A DNA stretch of 35,240 nt from a virus. Taxonomy: Duplodnaviria; Heunggongvirae; Uroviricota; Caudoviricetes. Numbering within the stretch: the stretch's first letter is position 1; every line of letters begins with the position of its first letter. Made by a program: the position numbers and the translations under genes. The notes beneath the pieces were generated by a model that was not told the origin of the DNA, made no database searches, and was given only the letters and a program-made list of their open reading frames with translations. Location: IMG/VR virus record IMGVR_UViG_649989946_000003; one strand, 5' to 3'. Below, piece by piece: positions 9,333 to 18,186 of this stretch.

Positions 9333-9351
9333 GGCGTGGCGGGGATACGAT
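9333..9351. other. candidate cos site (cohesive-end sequence)
   Basis: GGCGTGGCGGGGATACGAT followed by TGCGCGC, resembling (from memory) the P2 cohesive end GGCGAGGCGGGGAAAGCAC + TGCGCGC. Lies in a GC-richer non-coding block between two AT-rich cargo genes, upstream of Q. Confidence 0.45.
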
Positions 9352-9432
9352 TGCGCGCAGAAGATTATTATTGGTACACTGTCGGTGACTCTCTACGCAG
9401 ATCTTACACATTAATTTCTAATGGGGCATGCT

Positions 9433-10233
9433 ATGATCTTTCTAAGTCATAATCACCGTGACAAAAGGTTTGTAAGTGTTATAGCGGAAAAACTAGCAGA
9501 TGTTTATGGGCGTGATAACGTATTCTACGATTCTTGGTCTATCCAACCCGGAGAGGGTATTATTGACAAGATGAATTTAGGAATGGAGAATGTATCGTTC
9601 TTTTTCTTTTTTGTCACAGAAAATAGTTTGGCAAGTAACATGGTAAAAATGGAATGGCAAAATGCTTTAATTAAGGCATCGTCCGGGAAGTGTAAATTTA
9701 TACCAATACGTTGCCAGAATATATCCTTGCCTGCTCTGCTTACTCAAACGCTATATATTGATCTTTATTCGTATGGGATCGATGTGGCAATAAGACAAAT
9801 TATAGATGTCATTAATCAACAAAATACGTATATTCCTAATCCTGAGAAGTATTCAAACCTCTCCTATGATATTAAGGATGGTGATGGGGGTAAGATAGTG
9901 AAATTATCAGCAATGGATTTTTTAGAACCAATTGCTGATTTTATGATGATTATGGATAATACAATTAAGCATGATGATGTTGTTGTTATGGTCAATGGAG
10001 AAAGCACATTCACTCAGGGGTTTATTGAAAATGCATCTTTAGAAAATGGTATGAAAGTAAGTGGTGCCACTGTTGGCCTAAATCGGGGGTTAACACCAAC
10101 GATGCCAATGTATGTTTCTCTTAGGTTAAAGGATGGTTCACCTTTGAATATATTTGCGGTGCTACATCGAGTAAGTACCGAGCGTTATGCTCCTATACCA
10201 CATAAAGCCGATGATGCCTTTAGAGTAAAATAA
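9433..10233 (+). CDS. TIR-domain protein (266 aa): N-terminal TIR domain plus about 130-aa C-terminal domain of unknown function
   Basis: N-terminal block IFLSHNHRDKRFVS...VFYDSWSIQPGEGI...FFFFFVTENSLASNMVKMEWQNALIKA matches TIR hallmarks, including the conserved Glu in the S..W..E region (codon 9652-9654). AT-rich. ATG at 9433 with a G-rich RBS. Confidence 0.75.
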   Translation: MIFLSHNHRDKRFVSVIAEKLADVYGRDNVFYDSWSIQPGEGIIDKMNLGMENVSFFFFFVTENSLASNMVKMEWQNALIKASSGKCKFIPIRCQNISLPALLTQTLYIDLYSYGIDVAIRQIIDVINQQNTYIPNPEKYSNLSYDIKDGDGGKIVKLSAMDFLEPIADFMMIMDNTIKHDDVVVMVNGESTFTQGFIENASLENGMKVSGATVGLNRGLTPTMPMYVSLRLKDGSPLNIFAVLHRVSTERYAPIPHKADDAFRVK

Positions 10234-10242
10234 AAAGCAATA

Positions 10243-10268
10243 TGGTGGCTATATAATTAAGGCCACCA
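10243..10268. terminator. hairpin between convergent TIR gene and Q (bidirectional terminator candidate)
   Basis: TGGTGGC (10243-10249) / GCCACCA (10262-10268), 7-bp stem with AT-rich loop and T/A-rich flanks. Confidence 0.4.
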
Positions 10269-10277
10269 ATTTATATC

Positions 10278-11306
10278 TCATAAACAATAGGATGAAAATG
10301 CAATAACTTTCTCACCCAGCCAATGGTTTAACTCCTCCATGCGTTTCTGTAATGGCAAAAGTTCATTGCGCACAAACACATTTGCGGCCTTCTCCACATC
10401 CCCAAACCCTCCAACATTATTAGGCATAATCCCCATCATTTGCGGCGGCACGCGGTGCGCAGCCATCATGTCATCGCGGCTCACGTTCTTGATATTCAAA
10501 AACTCATCCTTCGCCGCCACCTCTGACAACGGGATAATCTGAAGCCCGTCCTTTTTGCCGTTAGGCGAGTACATAAACAGGTTGCGGAAGTTACCCGGAC
10601 CTTTGGCACTTTTCATTGCATTGCGGAGGTTGTTCACGTCCTCCTGGTTCTGCGCAGCATCGGTCATGTACATGATGAAGCCTGCATGACTACCGTTAAT
10701 GTAATACTTGCGGCGGAACAGCGTGGCGGACTCATTGAGCAGGGCGGACGGAATGGCAGAAAGATAGCCGGGCAGGCCGTAGATCTCCTGGTTAATGTCC
10801 GGTTCCATCAGATGAAAAATGCTGCCTTTCGTGAACTGATACGGCTGGGTTGTCATACCGTATTGCACAAACCAGTAGGTATCCAGGTCTAACCCGCGTC
10901 GGGTGTATTTTGCCAGAGCAGGCTCAAGGGCGATAACTTCACCGAAGCGGTTCGTGCGTTTCTCCAGGTAGGCGTTACCAAATACCAGATAGTCCTGCAC
11001 AAAACGTGAAAAAGCCTGCTGGCTGAGCAGCGGGTGAGGGATGTAGGTACTGGTCAGAATGTTGCATTTCACCGCAATTGGTGAACTGTGATGCACGGCG
11101 GCGCGGAAGGTGCGCGCCAGTCCGTCAAAGCTTACTGGCGGCTCATACCAGCGATCTGTCTGTACGCATTCCACATAGTCCAGCAGTTCTCGGCGGTCCA
11201 GAACAGGAACGGGATCGCCGAAGCTGAATGCTTCGGCTGTAGTTTGACTTTTAAGCTGGATCTGTTTCGTCGCCGCAGCGCGGTTCTTCTTACTCTTTCC
11301 CATCAA
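10278..11306 (-). CDS. Q: capsid portal protein
   Basis: 342 aa, position and size of P2 gpQ, translationally coupled downstream of the terminase gene. Confidence 0.9.
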   Translation of the reverse strand: MMGKSKKNRAAATKQIQLKSQTTAEAFSFGDPVPVLDRRELLDYVECVQTDRWYEPPVSFDGLARTFRAAVHHSSPIAVKCNILTSTYIPHPLLSQQAFSRFVQDYLVFGNAYLEKRTNRFGEVIALEPALAKYTRRGLDLDTYWFVQYGMTTQPYQFTKGSIFHLMEPDINQEIYGLPGYLSAIPSALLNESATLFRRKYYINGSHAGFIMYMTDAAQNQEDVNNLRNAMKSAKGPGNFRNLFMYSPNGKKDGLQIIPLSEVAAKDEFLNIKNVSRDDMMAAHRVPPQMMGIMPNNVGGFGDVEKAANVFVRNELLPLQKRMEELNHWLGEKVIAFSSYCL

Positions 11307-13069
11307 AAAATCTCCACAATATTGCTGGTATTGGCGGACTCGCCTTGCAGCGGTTCGTTAAACAGTGCGTGCATCGTTGCCCAGGCCAGATCCGCATGGC
11401 TGGCTTCTTCGCTGCGGCTGGCTTCATAGGTCGGGCGGTTGCCACTGGCGGTGGTGGAGCGACGGATTGCCATAAAGGACTGCGCTATGTCGGTGTGTCC
11501 GGCGTCAAACTCCAGACGGCGGTGGCTGATAATGTCGTAGGCCTTGAGTACCAGGGCGTTTTTAACGTTGGGGTTGTAGACAAACTCCCGGACGGCAGGA
11601 AAGAATGCTTTCACGTTCTCGTAAACCCCGTGGCCGACGCCAGTTGAGTCGATGCCGATGTATGTCACGTTGTACTGTTCGGTCAGTTTTTTGATGGCGT
11701 CAGCCTGGGCGCGGAAGTCCATCCCGCGCCACTGGTGACGCTCAAGAATGCGGAACTTACCGCCCGGCACGGCTGGCGGTGCCACCACCACGCACCCGGC
11801 GCTGTCGCCGTTCTGCGTACCTTTTGCCGGGTCATAACCGATCCACACCTCGCGCCAGCCAAACGGGCGCAGCGCCAGTGCATGAAAGTCGGTCCAGACT
11901 TCCCAGCTGTCCACCATGCACGCCTGCAGCTCGCTGAGCGGGAACACGGACGCGAGATCGTCCACAAACTCGCACATCAGCAGGTTCTGGTATTCGTCCG
12001 GGCTGTACTCCATGCGCAACTGGTCAAGGTCGAACAGGTTACAGCCGCCGCGCACCGCATCTTCCACGGTGACTATCTGGCGGTACTGCCCGTCTGCGCA
12101 CAGCAGGCCGGGGGCCAGATTGCGGTGGGACAGGTCGATGTCCACCTTATCGGCTTTGTTGCGCCCTCGGTTGAACAGCGCACCGGACCAGAACGGATAA
12201 GCACTGTGTGTCAGGCTGGATGGCGTGGAAAAATAGGTTTGTCGCCATTTTTTGTGAATAGCCATACCGGAAGCCACTTTGCGCAGCTCCTGGAATTTCG
12301 GTATCCAGAAATATTCATCCAGATACAGGTTGCCGTGGTAACTCTGGGCCGTGCGGGCATTGGTGCCGAGGAAGTAAAGCGTGGCCCCGTTAGGAAGCAC
12401 CATCGGATCGCCTTTCAGCTCCACCTCCACTTCTTTGGCGAAGTCGATGATGTACTGCTTAAAGACGTGGGCCTGTGCCTTACTGGCGGAAAGGAAAATC
12501 TGGTTACGCCCGGTAAGCAGGGCGTCAATCAGGGCTTCACGGGCAAAGTAAAAGGTCGCGCCGATCTGGCGTGACTTCAGCAGATTGCGGATGCGGTTGG
12601 TTTTTCCGGCTTCCCACCAGTGGCGCTGGTAGTTGAACATGGAGGAATGGAAGATTTCTTCCAGCTTCTCAATCTGCTCATCGGTGAAAACATTCTTTTC
12701 CGGCTGACGGCGTGGGCCTTTGTTGCGGTTGGCGACGTTTGGGTTTAAGTCGGCTTCGTTGCCGCCATTGTTAAACTTGCCGATCCGCGCGTGGCGCTCC
12801 GACTGGCGCGCCAGCAGGTCAATCTCTTTGAAATCTTTCCCTTCTTTGTGCTCCTTCATGATGAGCTGGCAGTAGCGTGCGGCGGTGGTGAGCTGCATCT
12901 GATCCAGCGGCCCATAGTCACCCCACTTGTCGCGTTTTTTCCAGCTGTGAACGGTTGCAACTTTCTCGCCCAGCATTTCAGCTATGCGGGCTACGCGGTA
13001 TCCCTGAAAGTACAGCAGCATGGCCTGCCGACGGGGATCGAGATCTGCGGGTGTCAGTGTGGTGTTCAT
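11303..13069 (-). CDS. P: terminase large (ATPase) subunit
   Basis: 588 aa, size and position of P2 gpP, divergent from the O operon. Confidence 0.9.
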   Translation of the reverse strand: MNTTLTPADLDPRRQAMLLYFQGYRVARIAEMLGEKVATVHSWKKRDKWGDYGPLDQMQLTTAARYCQLIMKEHKEGKDFKEIDLLARQSERHARIGKFNNGGNEADLNPNVANRNKGPRRQPEKNVFTDEQIEKLEEIFHSSMFNYQRHWWEAGKTNRIRNLLKSRQIGATFYFAREALIDALLTGRNQIFLSASKAQAHVFKQYIIDFAKEVEVELKGDPMVLPNGATLYFLGTNARTAQSYHGNLYLDEYFWIPKFQELRKVASGMAIHKKWRQTYFSTPSSLTHSAYPFWSGALFNRGRNKADKVDIDLSHRNLAPGLLCADGQYRQIVTVEDAVRGGCNLFDLDQLRMEYSPDEYQNLLMCEFVDDLASVFPLSELQACMVDSWEVWTDFHALALRPFGWREVWIGYDPAKGTQNGDSAGCVVVAPPAVPGGKFRILERHQWRGMDFRAQADAIKKLTEQYNVTYIGIDSTGVGHGVYENVKAFFPAVREFVYNPNVKNALVLKAYDIISHRRLEFDAGHTDIAQSFMAIRRSTTASGNRPTYEASRSEEASHADLAWATMHALFNEPLQGESANTSNIVEIF

Positions 13070-13115
13070 GGCACAAACCTACAGCCTTGAATGAAGGCTT
13101 TCCCCGCCTGTGGTT

Positions 13116-13133
13116 TGTGTGGTTGTCGGTACA
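13116..13133. promoter_or_regulatory. Ogr/Delta-type late activator site (TGT-N12-ACA) in the divergent P/O late promoter region
   Basis: TGT (13116-13118) + 12 nt + ACA (13131-13133), about 80 nt upstream of O. Confidence 0.5.
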
Positions 13134-13211
13134 AATACCGCGCATTGTTTCACTGCCCCCATCACCGCAACCATAAGGCTCCAGTAAGTTTTTTCTAACG
13201 GAGCACGGCTC

Positions 13212-14045
13212 ATGACAGTGAAAGCAAAGCGTTTTCGCATCGGGGTGGAAGGTGCCACCACCGACGGACGCGAAATCCAGCGTGAATGGCTGGAACAGAT
13301 GGCAGCCAGCTACAACCCGGCGGTGTACACCGCGCTGATTAACCTTGAGCACATCAAGTCTTATCTGCCGGACAGCACCTTTAACCGCTACGGCAAGGTG
13401 ACGGCGCTGTTTGCTGAAGAAATCACGGAAGGTCCGCTGGCGGGCAAGATGGCGCTGTATGCCGACGTTGAGCCAACGGAATCCCTGGTGGAACTGGTGA
13501 AAAAAGGCCAGAAATTATTCACCTCTATGGAAGTCAGCCCGAAGTTCGCTGATACGGGCAAAGCCTACCTGGTCGGGCTGGCTGCCACTGATGATCCTGC
13601 CAGTCTGGGTACGGAAATGCTGACATTCAGCGCCAGTGCAGCCCATAACCCGCTGGCAAACCGCAAGCAGAATCCTGCCAATCTCTTTACCGCCGCAGAG
13701 GAAACGGTGATCGAACTGGAAGAAATCCAGGAGGACAAGCCGTCCCTGTTTGCCCGCGTCACGGCGCTGTTCACCAAAAAAGAGCAGTCCGACGATGCCC
13801 GGTTCTCTGATGTGCATAAGGCCGTGGAGCTGGTCGCCACTGAGCAGCAAAACCTGAGCGCACGCACCGAAAAATCCCTGTCTGAGCAGGAAGAACGCCT
13901 GTCTGAGCTGGAGACAGCCCTGCAGTCACAGCTGACCGCCTTTAACGAACTGGTGGACAAGCTGAGCCATGAAGACAGCCGCCAGGACTACCGCCAGCGT
14001 GCAACGGGCGGTAACGCCCCCGCTGACACTCTGACCAATTGCTGA
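13212..14045 (+). CDS. O: capsid scaffolding protein
   Basis: 277 aa beginning ...KRFRIGVEGATTDGREI..., similar to my recollection of the P2 gpO N-terminus; RBS ACGGAG. Confidence 0.9.
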   Translation: MTVKAKRFRIGVEGATTDGREIQREWLEQMAASYNPAVYTALINLEHIKSYLPDSTFNRYGKVTALFAEEITEGPLAGKMALYADVEPTESLVELVKKGQKLFTSMEVSPKFADTGKAYLVGLAATDDPASLGTEMLTFSASAAHNPLANRKQNPANLFTAAEETVIELEEIQEDKPSLFARVTALFTKKEQSDDARFSDVHKAVELVATEQQNLSARTEKSLSEQEERLSELETALQSQLTAFNELVDKLSHEDSRQDYRQRATGGNAPADTLTNC

Positions 14046-14061
14046 TGGAGCACAAAACCTG

Positions 14062-15120
14062 ATGAAGAAGAATACCCGTTTTGCTTTTAACGCTTACCTG
14101 CAGCAGCTGGCGCGTCTGAACGGTGTGGCAGTTGAAGAACTGTCCAGCAAGTTCACCGTGGAGCCGTCTGTACAGCAGACGCTGGAAGACCAGATCCAGC
14201 AGTCCGCCGCTTTCCTGACGCTGATTAACGTCACGCCAGTGACTGAGCAGTCCGGTCAGCTGCTGGGGCTGGGTGTTGGCAGCACCATTGCCGGAACCAC
14301 TGACACCACCGCGAAAGAGCGTGAACCTGTCGATCCGACGCTGATGGTCGATGTGGAATACAAATGCGAACAGACCAACTTTGACACAGTGCTGACCTAC
14401 GCGAAGCTGGACCTGTGGGCGAAGTTTCAGGATTTCCAGGTGCGTATCCGTAACGCCATCGTGAAACGTCAGGCACTGGACCGCATCATGATCGGCTTTA
14501 ACGGCGTGAAGCGTGCGAAAACCTCCAACCGCAGCGAAAACCCGCTGCTGCAGGATGTGAACAAAGGCTGGCTGCAGAAAATCCGTGAGGATGCACCGGA
14601 TCACGTCATGGGCAGCACCACCACGGGCGGGGAAACCACTCCGGGCGCGGTGAAAGTCGGGAAAGGTGGCGAATATGCCAACCTGGACGCCGTAGTGATG
14701 GATGCCGTCAATGAGCTTATCGATGTGGTCTACCAGGACGATGACGATCTGGTGGTGATTTGCGGTCGTGAACTGCTGTCTGACAAGTATTTCCCGCTGG
14801 TCAACAAAGAGCAGGAAAACAGTGAAAAACTGGCTGCCGATATGATCATCAGTCAGAAACGCATGGGTGGCCTGCAGGCCGTACGTGCGCCGTTCTTCCC
14901 GCCGAATGCGCTGCTGATCACCCGTCTGGATAACCTGTCCATCTACTGGCAGGAAGACACCCGCCGCCGTTCGGTTATCGACAACCCGAAACGTGACCGG
15001 ATTGAAAATTTTGAATCCGTTAACGAAGCCTACGTGGTTGAGGACTACCGCTGCGCCGCACTGGTGGAAAACATCCAGATTGGCGACTTCAGCGCCGCCG
15101 CAGCAGAAGCTGGAGCGTAA
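14062..15120 (+). CDS. N: major capsid protein
   Basis: 352 aa, clearly collinear with my recollection of P2 gpN (TRFAFNAYL...KFTVEPSVQQTL...GDFS). Confidence 0.95.
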   Translation: MKKNTRFAFNAYLQQLARLNGVAVEELSSKFTVEPSVQQTLEDQIQQSAAFLTLINVTPVTEQSGQLLGLGVGSTIAGTTDTTAKEREPVDPTLMVDVEYKCEQTNFDTVLTYAKLDLWAKFQDFQVRIRNAIVKRQALDRIMIGFNGVKRAKTSNRSENPLLQDVNKGWLQKIREDAPDHVMGSTTTGGETTPGAVKVGKGGEYANLDAVVMDAVNELIDVVYQDDDDLVVICGRELLSDKYFPLVNKEQENSEKLAADMIISQKRMGGLQAVRAPFFPPNALLITRLDNLSIYWQEDTRRRSVIDNPKRDRIENFESVNEAYVVEDYRCAALVENIQIGDFSAAAAEAGA

Positions 15121-15123
15121 ACC

Positions 15124-15774
15124 ATGAGCCTGAGTCCCGCACGGCAGCATCGCCTGCGCGTTCAGGCTGAACAGGCCGCCCGCGAGGGCGGCAGCGTTCG
15201 CCACGCGTCGGGCTATGACCTGATGCTGCTGCAACTGGCGGAAGACCGCCGCCGTCTCAAGGGCGTTCAGTCCACGGTCAAAAAAGCGGAAATCAAGGTG
15301 GAGCTGCTGCCGAAGTACGCTGCCTGGGCGGAGGGTGTCCTGGCTGCCGGAGGCGCTCAACAGGATGACGTGCTGATGTACGTGATGCTGTGGCGCATTG
15401 ATGCCGGAGATTATGCCGGGGCGCTGGAGATCGGGCGTCATGCCCTGCGTCATGGCTGGGTGATGCCGCTGGGTAACCGCAACGTGCAGACCGTGCTGGC
15501 AGAGGAAATGGCAGACGCCGCGCAGAGCGCAATGCTTGCCGCCATCGGCTTTGATGCCGATCTGTTGCTGCAGACACTGGAGCTGACAGACGGTCTGGAT
15601 ATGCCGGACCAGTCACGGGCGCGTCTGCATAAAGCGATTGGCGCTGTCCTGAGTGAAAGCAATCCGGCTTCCGCCCTTAATCATCTCAACCATGCGTTAC
15701 AGCTCGATCCCCGCTGTGGCGTGAAAAAAGACAAACAGCAGCTGGAGCGCAGACTGCGCAATGACAGCCGCTGA
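15124..15774 (+). CDS. M: terminase small (endonuclease) subunit
   Basis: 216 aa directly after N, P2 gpM position. Confidence 0.85.
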   Translation: MSLSPARQHRLRVQAEQAAREGGSVRHASGYDLMLLQLAEDRRRLKGVQSTVKKAEIKVELLPKYAAWAEGVLAAGGAQQDDVLMYVMLWRIDAGDYAGALEIGRHALRHGWVMPLGNRNVQTVLAEEMADAAQSAMLAAIGFDADLLLQTLELTDGLDMPDQSRARLHKAIGAVLSESNPASALNHLNHALQLDPRCGVKKDKQQLERRLRNDSR

Positions 15775-15869
15775 CAGAACGTGCCCCCGCGCACGGGCGG
15801 CACGGGGTGGCGAAAGGCATAGCCACATCAAAACCCCGTCCACCGCCCTCTATTTCAGGAGGAAGCAGC

Positions 15870-16334
15870 ATGAAGTTTGTTGCGCCAGAACAGGCACCGG
15901 AACAGGCGGAAATCATCAGAAATACGCCGTTCTGGCCTGATGTGGACCTGTCGGAGTTTCGCAGCGTGATGCGCACTGACGGCACGGTGACGCAGCCGCG
16001 TTTAAAGCAGGTTGCGCTGTCGGCAATTTCGGAGGTCAACGCAGAGCTGTATGAGTTTCGCAGACGCCAGCAGATGCTGGGATATGTCTCGCTGGCAGAG
16101 GTTCCTGCAGAACAGCTGGACGGGAAAAGTGAGCGCATTCAGCACTATTTCAACGCGGTTTACTGCTGGGCACGCGCCATGCTCAACGAACGTTACCAGG
16201 ACTATGACGCCACGGCATCCGGTGTGAAGCGGGGCGAGGAACTGGCGGAAGCCAGCGGTGATTTATGGCGTGACGCCCGCTGGGCCATCAGCCGGGTGCA
16301 GGACGCGCCGCACTGCACAGTGGAGCTTATCTGA
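15870..16334 (+). CDS. L: head completion/stabilisation protein
   Basis: ATG at 15870 preceded by AGGAGG; ORF-track 5' extension from 15807 lacks an RBS. P2 gpL position. Confidence 0.8.
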   Translation: MKFVAPEQAPEQAEIIRNTPFWPDVDLSEFRSVMRTDGTVTQPRLKQVALSAISEVNAELYEFRRRQQMLGYVSLAEVPAEQLDGKSERIQHYFNAVYCWARAMLNERYQDYDATASGVKRGEELAEASGDLWRDARWAISRVQDAPHCTVELI

Positions 16335-16537
16335 TGAAAGTGCGTGCGCATCAGTATGACACGGTGGACGCGCTTTGCTGGCGTCATTACGGGCGCACGC
16401 AGGGTGTCACGGAGCAGGTACTGAAGGCAAATCCGGGGCTTGCCGAATACGGCCCCTTTTTACCTCACGGGCTGCAGGTGGAGCTGCCGGACATTCCGAC
16501 CACCACCACCGTGCAGACCGTCCAGCTATGGGACTGA
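16334..16537 (+). CDS. X: tail protein X
   Basis: 67 aa, same length and position as P2 gpX. Confidence 0.8.
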   Translation: MKVRAHQYDTVDALCWRHYGRTQGVTEQVLKANPGLAEYGPFLPHGLQVELPDIPTTTTVQTVQLWD

Positions 16538-16540
16538 ATT

Positions 16541-16756
16541 ATGACGCTTGAGCGAATCAGCGCCTTTATCACGTATTGCATCGCCGTCGTGCTGGCCTGG
16601 CTGGGCGATTTGTCCATCAAGGATGCCTCAACGCTGGGCGGCCTGATGATCGGTGTGCTGATGCTGGCTATCAACTGGTACTACAAACACAAAGCCTACC
16701 AGCTTCTGCGCGACGGGCAGATCACGCGGGAGGACTATGAATCCATCAATCGTTAA
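16541..16756 (+). CDS. holin
   Basis: 71 aa with two hydrophobic transmembrane segments and a charged C-terminus, immediately upstream of the endolysin. Confidence 0.7.
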   Translation: MTLERISAFITYCIAVVLAWLGDLSIKDASTLGGLMIGVLMLAINWYYKHKAYQLLRDGQITREDYESINR

Positions 16757-17249
16757 ACGCTGCCTTGTCGGGACCGTGCTGGCTATTGCTGCCACGCTGC
16801 CGGGTTTTCAGCAGCTTCACACCTCCGTGGAGGGGCTGAAACTGATTGCCGATTACGAAGGCTGTCGTCTGCAGCCGTATCAGTGCAGCGCGGGTGTCTG
16901 GACCGACGGCATTGGTAATACGTCGGGCGTCATTCCCGGCAAAACCATTACGGAGCGACAGGCAGCGGAAGGGCTGATCTCCAACGTGCTGCGTGTGGAG
17001 CGGGCGCTGGAAAGGTGTGTGAAGCAACAGCCGCCGCAGAAGGTGTATGACGCGGTGGTGTCGTTTGCCTTCAACGTGGGAACGGGCAATGCCTGCAGTT
17101 CCACGCTGGTGAAATTACTCAATCAGCGGCGCTGGGCGGATGCGTGCCGACAGTTGCCGCGCTGGGTTTATGTAAAAGGTGTGTTTAATCAGGGGCTGGA
17201 TAACCGCCGTGCGCGGGAGATGGCCTGGTGTTTACAGGGAGCAAACTGA
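16737..17249 (+). CDS. endolysin (lysozyme-like, probable signal-anchor-release type)
   Basis: N-terminal hydrophobic SAR-like segment (CLVGTVLAIAATLPGF), then a lysozyme-like region (LIADYEGCRLQPYQCSAGVWTDGIGNT). RBS GGGAGGA. Confidence 0.85.
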   Translation: MNPSIVKRCLVGTVLAIAATLPGFQQLHTSVEGLKLIADYEGCRLQPYQCSAGVWTDGIGNTSGVIPGKTITERQAAEGLISNVLRVERALERCVKQQPPQKVYDAVVSFAFNVGTGNACSSTLVKLLNQRRWADACRQLPRWVYVKGVFNQGLDNRRAREMAWCLQGAN

Positions 17250-17250
17250 A

Positions 17251-17628
17251 ATGAAAAAGAAATTAATCAGCGGACTGTTTCTGATGTTATGGATGGCGCT
17301 GTTAATCGCAGCAATGGTGTATCCGCAGGGGATTTTTCCGGTACTGGCAGCATCTGGTGTCTGGGTAGCCTGTCTGCTGACATGGGTGGTAATTCCGGTA
17401 GCACTGGCTGCGTTAATTAAGAATGGCTCGCTCTGGCAGGAGTTGAGGGCATCTTTGCTGAAGACAATTACCCGAAAAGAAAACGTATTTATCAGCTGGG
17501 TGATGCGATTGCTGATTGTCGTAAGTCTCGCCTGGACGGGGTGGGCTATTACCCTGGTCTTTTATCTGCTGACCGTTATTGCCTTCTGGATCACCCGTAA
17601 TCAGATGGCGCAACAGGTAGCAGCATGA
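17251..17628 (+). CDS. lysA: LysA-like membrane lysis accessory protein
   Basis: 125 aa, multiple transmembrane segments; ATG at 17251 with AGGGAG upstream (ORF-track start at 17179 is an extension). Confidence 0.65.
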   Translation: MKKKLISGLFLMLWMALLIAAMVYPQGIFPVLAASGVWVACLLTWVVIPVALAALIKNGSLWQELRASLLKTITRKENVFISWVMRLLIVVSLAWTGWAITLVFYLLTVIAFWITRNQMAQQVAA

Positions 17629-18053
17629 ACCGGTTGCTGCTGGTTGTGCTGGCGTTATTACTGGCGGCGCTGGGCTGGCAGACGTGGCGGCTGGCTGATG
17701 CCAGCCAGACCATCAGCACGCAGGCAGACGAGCTGCAGCGCCAAAGCCAGGCACTGGCAAAGAGCAACAGCCAGCTTATCAGCCTGTCCATTCTGACTGA
17801 AACCAATAACCGGGAGCAGGCGCGGCTCTATGCCGACGCAGAACAGACCAGCGCACTGCTGAGACAACGACAACGCCGGATGGAGGAACTGAAACGTGAG
17901 AACGAGGATTTACGCCGCTGGGCTGATACTCCTTTGCCTGCTGACATTATCCGGCTGCGGGAACGTCCGGCACTCACCGGAGGTGCAGCTTACCGTCAGT
18001 GGTTGTCCGCGAGTGACGCCGTGTCGGCTGGATCAGGCAACGCCGCGCACTAA
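17625..18053 (+). CDS. lysB: LysB (Rz-like i-spanin)
   Basis: N-terminal transmembrane segment, then a coiled-coil-like Gln/Arg-rich periplasmic region; overlaps the lysA stop. Confidence 0.75.
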   Translation: MNRLLLVVLALLLAALGWQTWRLADASQTISTQADELQRQSQALAKSNSQLISLSILTETNNREQARLYADAEQTSALLRQRQRRMEELKRENEDLRRWADTPLPADIIRLRERPALTGGAAYRQWLSASDAVSAGSGNAAH

Positions 18054-18186
18054 TGGTGATCTGAACGCGTTGCTGGATGAAACGGAGGCCGCCTGGGCGG
18101 TCTGTGCAGACAAAGTGGACATGATTATTGCGTGTCAGGAGCGAAACAGTGAACAAACCACAATCCCTGCGCCACGCCCTCAATAA
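17896..18186 (+). CDS. lysC: LysC (Rz1-like o-spanin lipoprotein), embedded in and extending beyond lysB in another frame
   Basis: Lipobox LLTLSGC after a hydrophobic signal; GTG start with GGAGG RBS; 96 aa. Confidence 0.6.
   Translation: MRTRIYAAGLILLCLLTLSGCGNVRHSPEVQLTVSGCPRVTPCRLDQATPRTNGDLNALLDETEAAWAVCADKVDMIIACQERNSEQTTIPAPRPQ

Noticed and set aside
9225-9452. 75-aa ORF in the non-coding block between the HEPN-like and TIR genes
   Set aside because: No RBS, overlaps the TIR start, and the region is better explained as the conserved cos packaging site.
11735-12574. 279-aa plus-strand ORF inside the terminase P gene
   Set aside because: Antisense to a conserved terminase large subunit; no RBS and junk-like composition.
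13942-15453. 503-aa ORF on the minus strand antisense to capsid genes N and M
   Set aside because: The sense-strand ORFs are collinear with conserved P2 capsid and terminase proteins; the antisense translation is low-complexity and Arg/Gly/His-rich, typical of a spurious open frame in GC-rich coding DNA.
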